From Lachnospiraceae bacterium (lineage in GTDB: Bacteria > Bacillota > Clostridia > TANB77 > CAG-508): a DNA stretch of 64,000 nucleotides. Shown in pieces: positions 38,239-48,998 of this stretch. Position 1 is the first letter of the stretch, and each line of letters begins with the position of its first letter. Below the pieces are notes generated by a model. It had not been told where the DNA came from. It worked only from the letters and a program-made list of their open reading frames with translations, and made no database searches. The stretch is from the NCBI GenBank assembly GCA_963621995.1, contig CAVFFZ010000002.1:41166-105165 (forward strand). Direction: 5' to 3'. The position numbers and the translations under genes are program-made.

Positions 38239-39249
38239 ATGGAAGAAGATAATAGACTAATTCGTCCAGAACTTGAAGATGTACAAGAGGAGAAAATGGA
38301 AAACACATTAAGACCTCAAAAATTAAAGGACTATATAGGGCAAGATAAAGTAAAAGAAAATATGAAAATATATATAGAGGCTGCTAAAAAAAGAGGTGAG
38401 CCTCTTGATCATGTTTTATTATATGGCCCTCCTGGACTTGGAAAAACTACACTTGCAAATATTATTTCAAATGAAATGAATTCAAATATAAAAATAACAT
38501 CAGGACCTGCTATAGAAAAACCAGGAGATTTAGCAGCACTTTTAACAGGATTAAATGAATTTGATGTTTTATTTATAGATGAAATACATCGTTTAAACAA
38601 ATCTGTAGAAGAAATATTATATCCAGCATTGGAAGATTACACATTAGATATAATTATAGGCAAAGGACCAGAAGCAAAATCTATAAGAATAGATTTACCA
38701 AAGTTTACTTTAATAGGAGCAACAACAAGAGTAGGGTCACTTACAACACCTTTAAGAGATAGATTTGGAATAATACATAGATTAGAATTATATAGTATAG
38801 AAAACTTAAGCAAAATAGTAAAACGTTCAGCTGAAATACTAAATATAAAAGTGGATGATATATCTTGCATGGAAATAGCAAGACGTTCTCGTGGAACACC
38901 AAGAATTGCAAATAGACTATTAAAAAGAGTAAGAGATTATGCATTGGTAGTTGGAAATGGTTATATAGACTTAAAAATCACGAAATTAGCATTAAATCAA
39001 TTGGAAATAGATGAATTGGGATTAGATGAAATAGATAGAAAACTACTAGAAACTATGATTTTAACATATAAAGGAAGGCCTGTAGGAATAGATACACTTG
39101 CTACAACTATTGGAGAAGAAATAGAAACTGTAGAAGATGTATATGAACCATACCTAATTCAAATAGGGTTTATAGCAAGAACACCAAGAGGTAGAATACC
39201 ACTTGAACCTGCATATAAACATATTGGTGTTAATTACGAAAGTGACTAA
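38239..39249 (+). CDS. ruvB: Holliday junction branch-migration helicase RuvB
   Basis: [31 protein letters not shown]. The track's TTG at 38209 has no RBS, so the ATG at 38239 is preferred. No ruvA is adjacent. Confidence 0.95.
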   Translation: MEEDNRLIRPELEDVQEEKMENTLRPQKLKDYIGQDKVKENMKIYIEAAKKRGEPLDHVLLYGPPGLGKTTLANIISNEMNSNIKITSGPAIEKPGDLAALLTGLNEFDVLFIDEIHRLNKSVEEILYPALEDYTLDIIIGKGPEAKSIRIDLPKFTLIGATTRVGSLTTPLRDRFGIIHRLELYSIENLSKIVKRSAEILNIKVDDISCMEIARRSRGTPRIANRLLKRVRDYALVVGNGYIDLKITKLALNQLEIDELGLDEIDRKLLETMILTYKGRPVGIDTLATTIGEEIETVEDVYEPYLIQIGFIARTPRGRIPLEPAYKHIGVNYESD

Positions 39250-39328
39250 AAAATTATAGGACTAATTTAAAAAGAATGAATTTTCATAACTTTGTGCATT
39301 TTTAGGCAGAGTTAGAAAGGAATAAAAT

Positions 39329-39886
39329 ATGAAATTACTATTACATACTTGTTGTGCGCCATGTAGTGTATATTGTATAGATACATTGAGAAATGAAGGA
39401 ATAGAACCAACAATATTTTGGTACAATCCAAACATACATCCATATACGGAATATAAGTCAAGAAGAGATTGTTTAAAAGAATATACTAAATCTATAAATG
39501 TACAAGCCATATTCGAAGAGGAATATGGCTTAGATGAGTTTTGCAAAAATGTAGTAGGAGATTTAAAAAATAGGTGTACAAACTATTGTTATCCAGTACG
39601 ATTAAGAAAAACATTTGAATATGCAAAAGAACATGGCTATGATGCAGTATCTACAACATTACTTTATAGCATATATCAAAAACATGATTTTATAAAAGAA
39701 TATATGGAGAGTTTAAGCGAAGAATTTGGGATAGAATTTTTATATAGAGATTTTAGAGTTGGTTTCTGGGAGGGGCACCAAAAGGCTCATGACCTAGGAC
39801 TTTATATGCAAAAATATTGTGGCTGTATATTTTCAGAAGAAGAAAGATATAGTAAGCAAATAAAGAAAGATAAAATAAATATATAA
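39329..39886 (+). CDS. queH: Epoxyqueuosine reductase QueH (DUF208)
   Basis: MKLLLHTCCAPCS..., a conserved Cys pattern typical of QueH. Confidence 0.85.
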   Translation: MKLLLHTCCAPCSVYCIDTLRNEGIEPTIFWYNPNIHPYTEYKSRRDCLKEYTKSINVQAIFEEEYGLDEFCKNVVGDLKNRCTNYCYPVRLRKTFEYAKEHGYDAVSTTLLYSIYQKHDFIKEYMESLSEEFGIEFLYRDFRVGFWEGHQKAHDLGLYMQKYCGCIFSEEERYSKQIKKDKINI

Positions 39887-40004
39887 AGCAAAGGAGAATT
39901 TATGACTTCAAAATTCTGTAAACAGAATAACTGGTCAAATTTATTGCTTTTTATTTAAAGTTTTTATATAATTTGCATATAAAAATGATAGGAGGAATTT
40001 CAAA

Positions 40005-41798
40005 ATGAAATTTAATAACGAACTTCATAAAATACATGAAATAAAAGATTTTAGAGAGTTAATAGACTATACAGTAGAACATTATCCAAATAATATAGCA
40101 TACAAATTTAAAAAGAATTTCAAAAAGGAAAATGAATACTTAGTAGAAAAAACATATAAAGAAATAAAAGAAGAAATAGTAGCTTTCTCAACAGCTTTAT
40201 TAAATATGGGATTAGAGAATAAAAAAATAGTTGTAATAGGAAACAATAGATATGAATGGTGCGTAACATATTTAGCTGCAACAACAGGAAATATGGTAAT
40301 AGTGCCATTAGATAAGGCACTTCCAGAGGGAGAAATAGAAAATTTAATAAAAATAAGCAAAGCAGATGCAGTAGTATATGAAAATAAATTTGTAGAAGTA
40401 TTTAATAAGATTAAAGAAGAAAATGTTAGTAATTTAAAAACATATATAAATATGGATTTGGAAAAACAAAAAGACGGAGAACTATCATTCCATGAATTAG
40501 TAAATGAAGGAAAAGAATTAATAAAAAATGGTAATAACAGTTATGAAAAGATAAAAATAGATAATGAAAAAATGAGCGCATTATTGTTTACATCTGGTAC
40601 TACATCTCAAGCAAAAGGTGTAATGCTTTCACAAAAAAATATATGTTCAAATGTAGAGGCTATGGCTAAAATGGCAAAAATGTATCCAAATGATGTAATA
40701 TTATCATTTTTACCATTACACCATACATTTGAGTGTACAATCACATTTTTATATGGATTTTATAGTGGCGTAACAGTAGCATTTTGCGATGGAATAAAAT
40801 ACATAGCTAAAAACCTAGAAGAGTATAAAGTTAGTATAATAGTAGCCGTTCCTTTAGTTTTAGAAACTATGTATAAAAAAATAGAAGCAGGAATTGAAAA
40901 ACAAGGAAAAACTGAATTAGTAAATAAAATGGGAAAATTCTCAAATTTTTTATATCAACATTTACATATTGATATTAGAAGAAAATTGTTTAAATCAGTT
41001 ATTAATCAATTAGGTGGGAAAGTTCGTGTATTATACTTTGGTGCTGCAGCAATGAATAAACATGTAATAGATGGATATAACACATTTGGAATAGCATCAG
41101 TTCAGGGGTATGGCTTAACAGAAACATCACCATTAATTGCAGCAGAAACAGATAAACAAAAAAGACCGGGAAGTGTTGGAAGAAATCCATACAATGTTCA
41201 AATAAAATTAATAGACGAAGATGGAAATGAAATAATAAATACGGATATATTAGATACAGATTTTGAAAATATAGAAACAAGAGTTGGAGAAATAGTTGCA
41301 AAAGGTCCAAATGTTATGCTTGGATATTATGAAAATGAAAAAGCAACAAGTGAAGCATTACAAAATGGATGGCTTAAAACAGGAGATTTAGGTTACTTTG
41401 ATAAAGACGGATTCTTGTATATTACAGGAAGAAAAAAAGAAGTTATAGTACTAAAAAATGGAGAAAATGTTTATCCATCAGATATTGAATTTTTGGTAAA
41501 TAGATTACCATATGTACAAGAAAGCATTTTATTTCCAAGAGAAAATTCTAAAAATGAACTAGCACTTGGAATAAAAATAGTATACGACGAAGAAGCAATA
41601 AAAGAAAAATTTGGAGAAAAGACAGAAAAAGAATATGAAGAAGCAGTATGGGAAGACATTAAAGAAATAAATAAAAACTTATCAGTATTTAAAAGAATAA
41701 AAGAACTTATATTAACAAAAGAACCACTAGAAAAAACAACAACACAAAAAATAAAAAGATTTAAAGAATTAGACAAAATTTTAAATAAGAACAAATAG
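40005..41798 (+). CDS. Long-chain acyl-CoA synthetase (AMP-binding family)
   Basis: AMP-binding motif LFTSGTTSQAKGV, then GYGLTETS and TGDLG. Confidence 0.9.
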   Translation: MKFNNELHKIHEIKDFRELIDYTVEHYPNNIAYKFKKNFKKENEYLVEKTYKEIKEEIVAFSTALLNMGLENKKIVVIGNNRYEWCVTYLAATTGNMVIVPLDKALPEGEIENLIKISKADAVVYENKFVEVFNKIKEENVSNLKTYINMDLEKQKDGELSFHELVNEGKELIKNGNNSYEKIKIDNEKMSALLFTSGTTSQAKGVMLSQKNICSNVEAMAKMAKMYPNDVILSFLPLHHTFECTITFLYGFYSGVTVAFCDGIKYIAKNLEEYKVSIIVAVPLVLETMYKKIEAGIEKQGKTELVNKMGKFSNFLYQHLHIDIRRKLFKSVINQLGGKVRVLYFGAAAMNKHVIDGYNTFGIASVQGYGLTETSPLIAAETDKQKRPGSVGRNPYNVQIKLIDEDGNEIINTDILDTDFENIETRVGEIVAKGPNVMLGYYENEKATSEALQNGWLKTGDLGYFDKDGFLYITGRKKEVIVLKNGENVYPSDIEFLVNRLPYVQESILFPRENSKNELALGIKIVYDEEAIKEKFGEKTEKEYEEAVWEDIKEINKNLSVFKRIKELILTKEPLEKTTTQKIKRFKELDKILNKNK

Positions 41799-41850
41799 AA
41801 AAGCTAATAAACTTATAGTTTATTATAAAAAAATACAAATTATAATTAGT

Positions 41851-41896
41851 AACAAAATGAAAATATAATAGTTTTTATATTTTCATTTTGTTGTTT
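41851..41896 (+). terminator. Rho-independent terminator
   Basis: 17-bp stem aacaaaatgaaaatata / tatattttcattttgtt. Confidence 0.7.
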
Positions 41897-41993
41897 ATAA
41901 ACATTATATTGCTTTTTTAATGTTTAAATAGTAAAATAAAGAAAATAATATAATTGAGTAACAAATATTAGTTATTTCTAAGGAGGAAAAACT

Positions 41994-44729
41994 TTGAGTA
42001 GACTAGTTGTAATAGATGGAAATAGTATAATGAATCGTTCATTTTATGGTATTATGGGTTCTAAAATGCTAACAACAGAAGATGGAACTTATACAAATGC
42101 GGTATATGGATTTTTAGCAATTTTATTTAAAATAATAGAAGATTTAAAGCCTGAATATTTAGCAGTGTCATTTGATTTAAAAGCCCCAACAGCAAGACAT
42201 AAAATGTACGAAGGTTATAAAGCAAATCGCCATGGCATGCCAGATGAGTTAGCTATGCAAATGCCCATAATTAAAGATATTTTAAGAGATATGAACATTA
42301 CAATTATAGAAAAAGAAGGCTATGAAGCAGATGATGTTTTAGGTACTCTTTCAAAAAGAGCAGAAAAAGAAGGAATAAATGTAACAATTCTTTCAGGAGA
42401 TAGGGACACATTCCAATTAACTTCAGACAATATTTGTGTTAGAATTCCAAGAACAAAAATGGGAAAAACAGAAGTAGAAGATTTTGATAGAAATAAAATA
42501 AAAGAAGTTTATGGACTAGAACCAATACAACTAATAGAAGTAAAAGGACTTCAAGGAGATGCATCAGACAATATTCCAGGAGTTCCAGGAATAGGTGAAA
42601 AAACAGCTCTTTCTTTAATTCAAACATATGGAACTATAGAAAATATATATAAAGAATTGGAGAATGGAAAAGCAGAAACAATAAAAGGTAAAACTAGAGA
42701 GAAAATAATTGAAAATAAGGATTTAGCTTTTCTTTCAAAAACATTAGGAACAATAAATTTACAAGTTCCAATAGAAGAAAAAATAGAAGATTTAAAAGTA
42801 AAAGAATGGGATAACGAAAAAGTATATGAAGATTTTAAATCACTTAAATTTAATAGATATATAGAACGCTTTAATCTAAAAGAAAATGGGGCAAAATTAA
42901 ATATAACTGAAAGCAAAGAAGAAAAAATTGAAGTAACAGAGCTTGAAATTAATTCAAAAGAATGTAGCAAGCTTTTAGATAATATAAAACAAAATAAAAT
43001 ATTAATCTATTATTTTAATAAAAATGAAGACAAAACTTCAAAGAATATAATTAAAAAAAGAGTTAATGGAATAAGTATACTTTATAATGAGAAAGTATAT
43101 TATATTACTATAAAAAATAAAGAAGAACTTGAAAAACTTAAAGAAATTTTTGAAGATGAAAATATACAAAAAATAGGCTACAAATTAGGAGAAGATTATG
43201 TACTTCTAAGGGAAAACAATATAACAATGAAAAATATCTTCTTTGATATAGAAATTGCAGCTTATTTGCTAAGCCCTACAACTAATAAATATGAACTAAA
43301 CAGTTTAATAAATCAATATTTAGAATTAGATGTAGAAGAATATTTACAAAAAAATGGAATAGATACTAATTCAAATAAACAAATGAATTTATTTGAAACA
43401 AATACTTTGAAAGATGAACAAAAGGCAACTATTCAAACAAATGCTTTTTACACACATAATATAGGAAAATTGCAAGAAATATTGATTAAAGAGCTAGAAA
43501 AACACAATGAAATAAATTTATTCAAAAATATAGAAATGCCATTAGTAGAAGTGTTAGCAAAAATGCAATACAATGGAATGTATTTAGACAAAGAAGAATT
43601 AATATCATTTGGAAATGAAATAAAAAAACAATTAGAAGAATTAACAAAGGAAATATACGAACTAGCAGAAGAAGAATTTAATATAAATTCAACAATACAA
43701 TTAGGAAATATTTTATTTGAAAAGCTTAAATTAACAAGTTCAAAAAAGACTAAAAAAGGCTATTCCACAGATGTAGATGCGTTAGAAAAAATAAAAAATG
43801 AGCATCCTATTGTAAATAAAATATTAGAGTACAGAGGTCTTACAAAATTAAATTCTACATATGTAGAAGGAATGCTTCCATATATAAATGAAAACACTAA
43901 ACGCATACACTCATTCTTCCACCAAACAGTAACGGCAACAGGCAGAATTAGCAGTACAGAACCAAATTTACAAAATATACCTACCAGAATAGAACTTGGA
44001 AAAAGATTAAGAAAAGTATTTAAACCAAGAAAAGGCTATCTTTTTATAGATGCAGACTATTCACAAATTGAATTAAGAGTATTAGCTCATATTTCACAAG
44101 ATGAACATATGTTACAAGCATTCAAAGACGGAGAAGATATACACAAACAAGCAGCATCTAAAGTACTTAATATTCCAATAGAACAGGTTACAAAAGAACA
44201 ACGTTCAAGTGCTAAAGCAGTTAATTTCGGCATAGTATATGGAATATCAGATTTCGGTTTAGCACAACAATTAGGAATTTCAAGAAAAAAGGCAAAAGAA
44301 TATATTGAACAATACTTAGAAAAGTATAATGGTATAAATAAATTTATGGAAGAAGTAGTAGAAGAAGCCAAAGAAAAAGGTTATGTAGAGACCCTATTCA
44401 ATAGAAGAAGATATATACCAGAACTAAAATCTAACAATTATATGGTTCGTGAATTTGGTAAAAGAGCAGCAATGAACACACCAATACAAGGAACTGCAGC
44501 AGATATAATGAAAATAGCAATGGTCAACTTAAACAAAAAGTTAGAAGAAACAAATATAGAAACAAATATTATATTGCAAGTACATGATGAATTAATTTTA
44601 GAAACAAAAATAGAATATAAAGAAAAGGCAAAAGAAATACTTAAAGAATGTATGGAAAATGCTGCTAAACTATCTGTACCATTAGTTGTAGAAGTTTCAG
44701 AAGCTACAAATTGGTATGATTGCAAATAA
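41994..44729 (+). CDS. polA: DNA polymerase I
   Basis: TTG start with RBS aaggagg. 5'-nuclease domain at the N-terminus. Pol motifs DYSQIELRVLAH and QVHDELILE. Confidence 0.95.
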   Translation: MSRLVVIDGNSIMNRSFYGIMGSKMLTTEDGTYTNAVYGFLAILFKIIEDLKPEYLAVSFDLKAPTARHKMYEGYKANRHGMPDELAMQMPIIKDILRDMNITIIEKEGYEADDVLGTLSKRAEKEGINVTILSGDRDTFQLTSDNICVRIPRTKMGKTEVEDFDRNKIKEVYGLEPIQLIEVKGLQGDASDNIPGVPGIGEKTALSLIQTYGTIENIYKELENGKAETIKGKTREKIIENKDLAFLSKTLGTINLQVPIEEKIEDLKVKEWDNEKVYEDFKSLKFNRYIERFNLKENGAKLNITESKEEKIEVTELEINSKECSKLLDNIKQNKILIYYFNKNEDKTSKNIIKKRVNGISILYNEKVYYITIKNKEELEKLKEIFEDENIQKIGYKLGEDYVLLRENNITMKNIFFDIEIAAYLLSPTTNKYELNSLINQYLELDVEEYLQKNGIDTNSNKQMNLFETNTLKDEQKATIQTNAFYTHNIGKLQEILIKELEKHNEINLFKNIEMPLVEVLAKMQYNGMYLDKEELISFGNEIKKQLEELTKEIYELAEEEFNINSTIQLGNILFEKLKLTSSKKTKKGYSTDVDALEKIKNEHPIVNKILEYRGLTKLNSTYVEGMLPYINENTKRIHSFFHQTVTATGRISSTEPNLQNIPTRIELGKRLRKVFKPRKGYLFIDADYSQIELRVLAHISQDEHMLQAFKDGEDIHKQAASKVLNIPIEQVTKEQRSSAKAVNFGIVYGISDFGLAQQLGISRKKAKEYIEQYLEKYNGINKFMEEVVEEAKEKGYVETLFNRRRYIPELKSNNYMVREFGKRAAMNTPIQGTAADIMKIAMVNLNKKLEETNIETNIILQVHDELILETKIEYKEKAKEILKECMENAAKLSVPLVVEVSEATNWYDCK

Positions 44730-44732
44730 TTC

Positions 44733-44767
44733 AAAGGACATTTGGGGACGGGTCACTTTTGTCCTTT
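44733..44767. repeat. Family A solo terminal hairpin (4 nt after the polA stop)
   Basis: aaaggacatttggggacgggtcacttttgtccttt is identical to the E1 left end and is followed by acataa, as in R arms. Confidence 0.9.
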
Positions 44768-44812
44768 ACATAATATTACAAAATAGAAATGTCAATAAAG
44801 AGAGCTCTTTAA

Positions 44813-44841
44813 TTGACACTTTTTGTAAAGTAAGATAATAT
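44813..44841 (+). promoter_or_regulatory. Sigma-A-like promoter of the lytic transglycosylase gene
   Basis: TTGACA, 17-nt spacer, TAATAT. The -35 box sits in the palindrome gtcaataaagag-ag-ctctttaattgac. A 14-bp-stem leader hairpin (cttttatacaatag/ctattgtataaaag) follows. Confidence 0.45.
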
Positions 44842-44928
44842 CTTTTATACAATAGGAAAGTTATTCTTTTCTATTGTATAAAAGAACTTCGATCTAAAAG
44901 TCGAATAAAAAAGTAAGGAGAGAATAGT

Positions 44929-45501
44929 TTGACAAATTCAAAGAAAAAATGGTTAATAATATCACTTATTATAATAGTTCTTATTTTCTTTCTTTTTGGG
45001 GCCTTAAAAGTACAAAATATAGTACTAAAGAAAATCTATGTAAAAGATTACGAAGAATATGTATATAAATATTCAGAAGAAAATAATATAGATCCATTTA
45101 TGACATTTGCAATAATTAAAGTAGAAAGTAAATTTAATAGGAATATAAAATCTTCAAGTGGGGCATTAGGCTTAATGCAACTTATGGAGTCCACAGCAGT
45201 GGAGATGGCAAATCAGTTGGGAGAAAAAGTAATAGTAAAGGAGTCTTTATATAATCCGGAAACAAATATAAAAATAGGAACTACTTATTATGCAACTCTT
45301 TTAAAACACTATGAAGGAAATGAACAACTTGCGCTTGCAGCTTACAATGCAGGAATGGGAAATGTGGATAATTGGATTGAAGAAGGAATAATAGAAAAAG
45401 ATGGATCAAATATAGAAAATATTCCATATAAAGAAACAAATAATTACGTAAGAAAAATTATGAGAGATTATAAAATTTATAAAAGCATATATGAAAAGTA
45501 A
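44929..45501 (+). CDS. Membrane-anchored lytic transglycosylase (SLT domain)
   Basis: TTG start with RBS aaggagag. Catalytic region AIIKVESKFN...GALGLMQL...AYNAG. Confidence 0.9.
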   Translation: MTNSKKKWLIISLIIIVLIFFLFGALKVQNIVLKKIYVKDYEEYVYKYSEENNIDPFMTFAIIKVESKFNRNIKSSSGALGLMQLMESTAVEMANQLGEKVIVKESLYNPETNIKIGTTYYATLLKHYEGNEQLALAAYNAGMGNVDNWIEEGIIEKDGSNIENIPYKETNNYVRKIMRDYKIYKSIYEK

Positions 45502-45572
45502 GATAAGAAATAATAGTTAAGATATAGGATTTTAGCAATTATATTAGCATTTAAAATGCAAATAAGAAAGGA

Positions 45573-46601
45573 ATGGAATTTAATATGTCAATATTAGTAA
45601 CAGGTGGAGCAGGATATATAGGAAGCCACACAGTAGTAGAACTTTTAAATGAAGGAAAAGAAGTTATAATTATAGATAACTTTTCAAATAGCAAGCCAAG
45701 TGTATTAGAAGCTATAAGAAAGATTACAAATAAAGATTTTAAATTTTATGAAATAGATTATTTAGATAGAAAAGCTTTAGAAAAAGTATTTGAAGAAAAT
45801 AAAAATATAGAAGCGGTAATGAACTTTGCTGGTTATAAAGCAGTAGGTGAATCTGTAAAGAAACCCATAGAATATTATACAAATAATATTTCAGGAGCAC
45901 TTGTATTATTGGACACAATGAAAAAATATAATGTAAAGAAATTTGTATTTAGTTCTTCAGCAACAGTTTATGGAGAACCAGAAAAAACACCTATTACAGA
46001 AGACTGTAAAATAGGTGGAACTACAAATCCATATGGAACAACAAAGCTATTTATAGAACAAATATTAAAGGATATATATGCTTCAGATAATTCATGGGAT
46101 ATTGCAATATTAAGGTATTTTAATCCTGTAGGAGCACATGAAAGTGGATTAATAGGAGAAGAACCACAAGGCATTCCAAACAATCTTATGCCATATGTAG
46201 TTAGAGTAGCAGCAGGAATATTACCAGAATTATCAGTGTTTGGAAATGATTACAATACACCAGATGGAACAGGAGTAAGAGATTATATACATGTTGTAGA
46301 TTTAGCAAAAGGACATATAAAAGCGTTGAAAAAATTAGACAAAGAAAAACAAGGATTATTTATATATAATTTAGGAACAGGAATAGGATATAGTGTATTA
46401 GACATGGTAAATGCATTTGAAAAATCAACTGGTAAAAATGTAAAATATAAAATAGCTCCAAGAAGAGAAGGAGATATTGCAACATGTTATTCAAGTCCTA
46501 AAAAAGCTAAAGAAGAGTTAAATTGGGAAGCAAAGAAAAGTTTAGAACAAATGTGTAGAGATTCATGGAACTATATAGAAAAGCAAAATACAAACAATTA
46601 A
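45573..46601 (+). CDS. galE: UDP-glucose 4-epimerase
   Basis: ILVTGGAGYIGSH and YGTTK. The true start may be the ATG at 45585 (MSILVTGG). Confidence 0.95.
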   Translation: MEFNMSILVTGGAGYIGSHTVVELLNEGKEVIIIDNFSNSKPSVLEAIRKITNKDFKFYEIDYLDRKALEKVFEENKNIEAVMNFAGYKAVGESVKKPIEYYTNNISGALVLLDTMKKYNVKKFVFSSSATVYGEPEKTPITEDCKIGGTTNPYGTTKLFIEQILKDIYASDNSWDIAILRYFNPVGAHESGLIGEEPQGIPNNLMPYVVRVAAGILPELSVFGNDYNTPDGTGVRDYIHVVDLAKGHIKALKKLDKEKQGLFIYNLGTGIGYSVLDMVNAFEKSTGKNVKYKIAPRREGDIATCYSSPKKAKEELNWEAKKSLEQMCRDSWNYIEKQNTNN

Positions 46602-46721
46602 AAATATGATAAACACAATAAAAAGTAACCATAATACTTATACAAATAAAAATAGTTTTCATAAAAAATAGTCTAAAAAATATTCACAAAAAAAGCAAAG
46701 CTCAAAACCGTTGAAAATAGT

Positions 46722-46751
46722 TTATCAACAGAGTTATCCACAATATCCACA
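46722..46751 (+). promoter_or_regulatory. Cluster of three direct DnaA-box-like 9-mers
   Basis: TTATCAACA (46722-30), TTATCCACA (46734-42, a perfect consensus), ATATCCACA (46743-51). Confidence 0.5.
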
Positions 46752-46845
46752 TATATTATTTTTTGTAATTATGCTACAAAAACGGATGACATAACACAAA
46801 ATAGAAAAACAGGTTTTATAGGATAAATAAAAAATATAAAAATCA

Positions 46846-46874
46846 TTGACTTTATTAGATCAAGTTGCTAAAAT
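46846..46874 (+). promoter_or_regulatory. Sigma-A-like promoter of glyQS
   Basis: TTGACT, 17-nt spacer, TAAAAT. Confidence 0.6.
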
Positions 46875-46882
46875 AGATAAAG

Positions 46883-46915
46883 AAACTGTTTTTTGCTCCG
46901 TCCCCAAAAACAGTT
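46883..46915 (+). promoter_or_regulatory. 5'-UTR hairpin with a C-rich loop (reverse complement of the GGGGACGGAGC loop type)
   Basis: 10-bp stem aactgttttt/aaaaacagtt with loop tgctccgtcccc. Ends 6 nt before the glyQS RBS aggagag. Confidence 0.6.
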
Positions 46916-46933
46916 AGAATAGGAGAGAAGATT

Positions 46934-48322
46934 ATGAACGAATTAACAATGGACAAAATAGTAGCTTTATGCAAAAATAGAGGGTTTGTATATCCAGGGT
47001 CAGAAATTTATGGAGGTTTAGCAAATTCTTGGGATTATGGTCCACTAGGTACAGAACTTAAAAAAAATATTAAAGATGCATGGTGGAAAAAATTTATAAT
47101 TCAAAATAAACACAATGTAGGAATTGATGCAGCAATTATGATGAATCCACAAGTATGGGTTACAACAGGGCACGTTGGGGGATTTTCAGATCCATTAATA
47201 GACTGTAAAGCTTGTAAAACAAGACATAGAGCAGATAAATTAATAGAAGAATGGGGATTTGCTCAAGGTAAAGATATTTCTGGTTTAGATGGATGGACAA
47301 ATGAGCAATTAGTTGAGTATATTAAAGAAAACAATATACCATGTCCTAATTGTGGAAAACAAGATTTTACAGATATAAGAAAATTCAACTTAATGTTTAA
47401 AACATTTATGGGAGTTACAGAAGATGCAAAATCTGAAGTATATTTAAGACCAGAAACAGCACAAGGTATGTTTGTAGATTTTAAAAATGTATTAAGAACA
47501 ACAAGAAGAAGAATGCCAATGGGAATTGGTCAAATGGGACGTTCTTTTAGAAATGAAATAACGCCAGGAAACTTTATATTCAGAACAAGAGAATTTGAAC
47601 AAATGGAACTTGAATTTTTCTGCAAACCAGGAACAGATTTAGAATGGTATGAATATTGGAAAAACTTCTGCAAAAATTGGCTTGTAAGTTTAGGAATGAA
47701 AGAAGAAAACTTACGTATGAGAGAACACTCTAAAGAAGAATTATCATTTTATAGTAAAGGAACAACTGACATAGAATTCTTATTTCCATTTGGATGGGGA
47801 GAATTATGGGGAATAGCAGATAGAACTGATTATGACCTATCAAGACATATGGAAGCTTCTAAAGAAGACTTAACATATTTAGACCCAGAAACAAATGAAA
47901 GATATATACCATATTGCGTAGAACCAGCAGTTGGTGTAGATAGAATATTCTTAGCAATGATGTGCAATGCATATGAAGAACAAGAAATAGCAGAAGGAGA
48001 TACAAGAACAGTACTTCATTTACACCCAGTGTTAGCACCATATAAAGTTGCAGTACTTCCACTTTCTAAAAAACTAAGTGGAAAAGCAGATGAAGTATAT
48101 ACAAAACTATCAAAGAAATTTATGTGTGACTATGACGAAGCAGGCTCAATAGGAAAACGTTATAGAAGAGAAGACGAAATAGGAACACCATATTGTGTAA
48201 CAATAGATTTTGACACTTTAGAAGATGAATCTGTAACAATTCGTGATAGAGACACAATGGAACAAGTAAGAGTAAAAATAGATGAACTACCAACTTGGCT
48301 AGAAGGTAAAATGGAGTTTTAA
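46934..48322 (+). CDS. glyQS: Glycine--tRNA ligase (homodimeric class II)
   Basis: 462 aa. N-terminus ...[28 protein letters not shown] is typical of GlyQS. Confidence 0.95.
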   Translation: MNELTMDKIVALCKNRGFVYPGSEIYGGLANSWDYGPLGTELKKNIKDAWWKKFIIQNKHNVGIDAAIMMNPQVWVTTGHVGGFSDPLIDCKACKTRHRADKLIEEWGFAQGKDISGLDGWTNEQLVEYIKENNIPCPNCGKQDFTDIRKFNLMFKTFMGVTEDAKSEVYLRPETAQGMFVDFKNVLRTTRRRMPMGIGQMGRSFRNEITPGNFIFRTREFEQMELEFFCKPGTDLEWYEYWKNFCKNWLVSLGMKEENLRMREHSKEELSFYSKGTTDIEFLFPFGWGELWGIADRTDYDLSRHMEASKEDLTYLDPETNERYIPYCVEPAVGVDRIFLAMMCNAYEEQEIAEGDTRTVLHLHPVLAPYKVAVLPLSKKLSGKADEVYTKLSKKFMCDYDEAGSIGKRYRREDEIGTPYCVTIDFDTLEDESVTIRDRDTMEQVRVKIDELPTWLEGKMEF

Positions 48323-48336
48323 ATAATTGTAGAACA

Positions 48337-48473
48337 AAAGAGGTATGATTAATATTTTTAAACATTAATCATACCTCGTCTTTGTTCGACCGCCAAATTT
48401 TATAAAATAAAATTTGTGTGGAATGTAACGAAACTTTTTATATTATAGGAAAATTTGAAGAGCTTTCCTATAA
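48337..48473 (-). repeat. Family B repeat, copy B4 (reverse orientation, shortened hairpin)
   Basis: The reverse complement reads ...ttcctataatataaaaagtttcgttacattccacacaaattttattttataaaatttggcggtcgaacaaagacgaggtatgattaat... Confidence 0.85.
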
Positions 48474-48477
48474 CATG

Positions 48478-48514
48478 GGAAAAGGGTAATTTCAATTTGA
48501 AATTACCCTTTTGC
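48478..48514. terminator. Bidirectional terminator between glyQS and the convergent AbrB-like gene
   Basis: 15-bp stem aaagggtaatttcaa / ttgaaattacccttt, flanked by A and T runs. Confidence 0.7.
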
Positions 48515-48515
48515 T

Positions 48516-48878
48516 TTACCTTTCAAAACTATCAATTAAAAGATTTAAGTGATAGTTTTGAAGCTTTGACAAAGAATTGTTGCTGGTTTTGTAAATATAG
48601 ATTATATTATTTAGATAACAAGTAAAATAATAAATATCACCTGGTCCTAAATAAAAATCTACATTCTTTGGTATAAAAATCCGGTGCTTTTCGTCAAAAG
48701 AACATTTGCCTAAAAATTCATAATTCAATTTTTTACCAACCATATTATTTGTTATAACAACTCTTGAATCATTTGATATAAAAAAGCCAAAGCTTTTATT
48801 ATCGCACTCATCAAATTTTGCTACATCCCAAATATCTTTGGGAATTGTCAACCGCGCCTGTGAAGATTTTCTTGCCAT
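48516..48878 (-). CDS. Hypothetical protein with two SpoVT/AbrB-like swapped-hairpin motifs
   Basis: Strong RBS aaggagg 9 nt upstream. RLTIPKDIWD and HRIFIPKNVD resemble AbrB-type (R/K)hTIPK motifs. Confidence 0.45.
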   Translation of the reverse strand: MARKSSQARLTIPKDIWDVAKFDECDNKSFGFFISNDSRVVITNNMVGKKLNYEFLGKCSFDEKHRIFIPKNVDFYLGPGDIYYFTCYLNNIIYIYKTSNNSLSKLQNYHLNLLIDSFER

Positions 48879-48910
48879 ATAGTAAAGCCTCCTTTATATG
48901 ATTTATGTAA

Positions 48911-48939
48911 ATTATACATCGAGAGAGAAATAAAGTCAA
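48911..48939 (-). promoter_or_regulatory. Sigma-A-like promoter of the AbrB-like gene (divergent from ppdK)
   Basis: On the minus strand: TTGACT, 17-nt spacer, TATAAT. Confidence 0.6.
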
Positions 48940-48969
48940 TAAAAACATTAAAAAAATTGCCAAAAACCC

Positions 48970-48998
48970 TTTACAATTAAGCAATTTATGTATATAAT
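48970..48998 (+). promoter_or_regulatory. Sigma-A-like promoter of ppdK
   Basis: TTTACA, 17-nt spacer, TATAAT. Confidence 0.6.

Noticed and set aside
39902-39958. An 18-aa ORF (MTSKFCKQNNWSNLLLFI) with a good SD between queH and the acyl-CoA synthetase gene; considered as a leader peptide
   Set aside because: The likely promoter of the downstream gene (TTGCTT, 17-nt spacer, TATAAT, about 39945-39973) overlaps the ORF's 3' end, so the ORF would not be on that leader. There is no attenuator structure, and conservation cannot be tested here.
46722-46751. The DnaA-box cluster as the chromosomal origin (oriC)
   Set aside because: There is no dnaA or dnaN, and no AT-rich unwinding element with DnaA-trios that I can see. 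Genes on both sides are on the same (+) strand, so there is no replication-polarity switch. Kept only as a non-origin DnaA-box cluster.
46602-46933. Expected a T-box leader upstream of glyQS, the classic T-box gene in Bacillus
   Set aside because: The promoter at 46846-74 leaves a leader of only about 55 nt. No T-box consensus (AGGGTGGNACCGCG-like) or specifier-loop architecture is present; there is only a single short hairpin.
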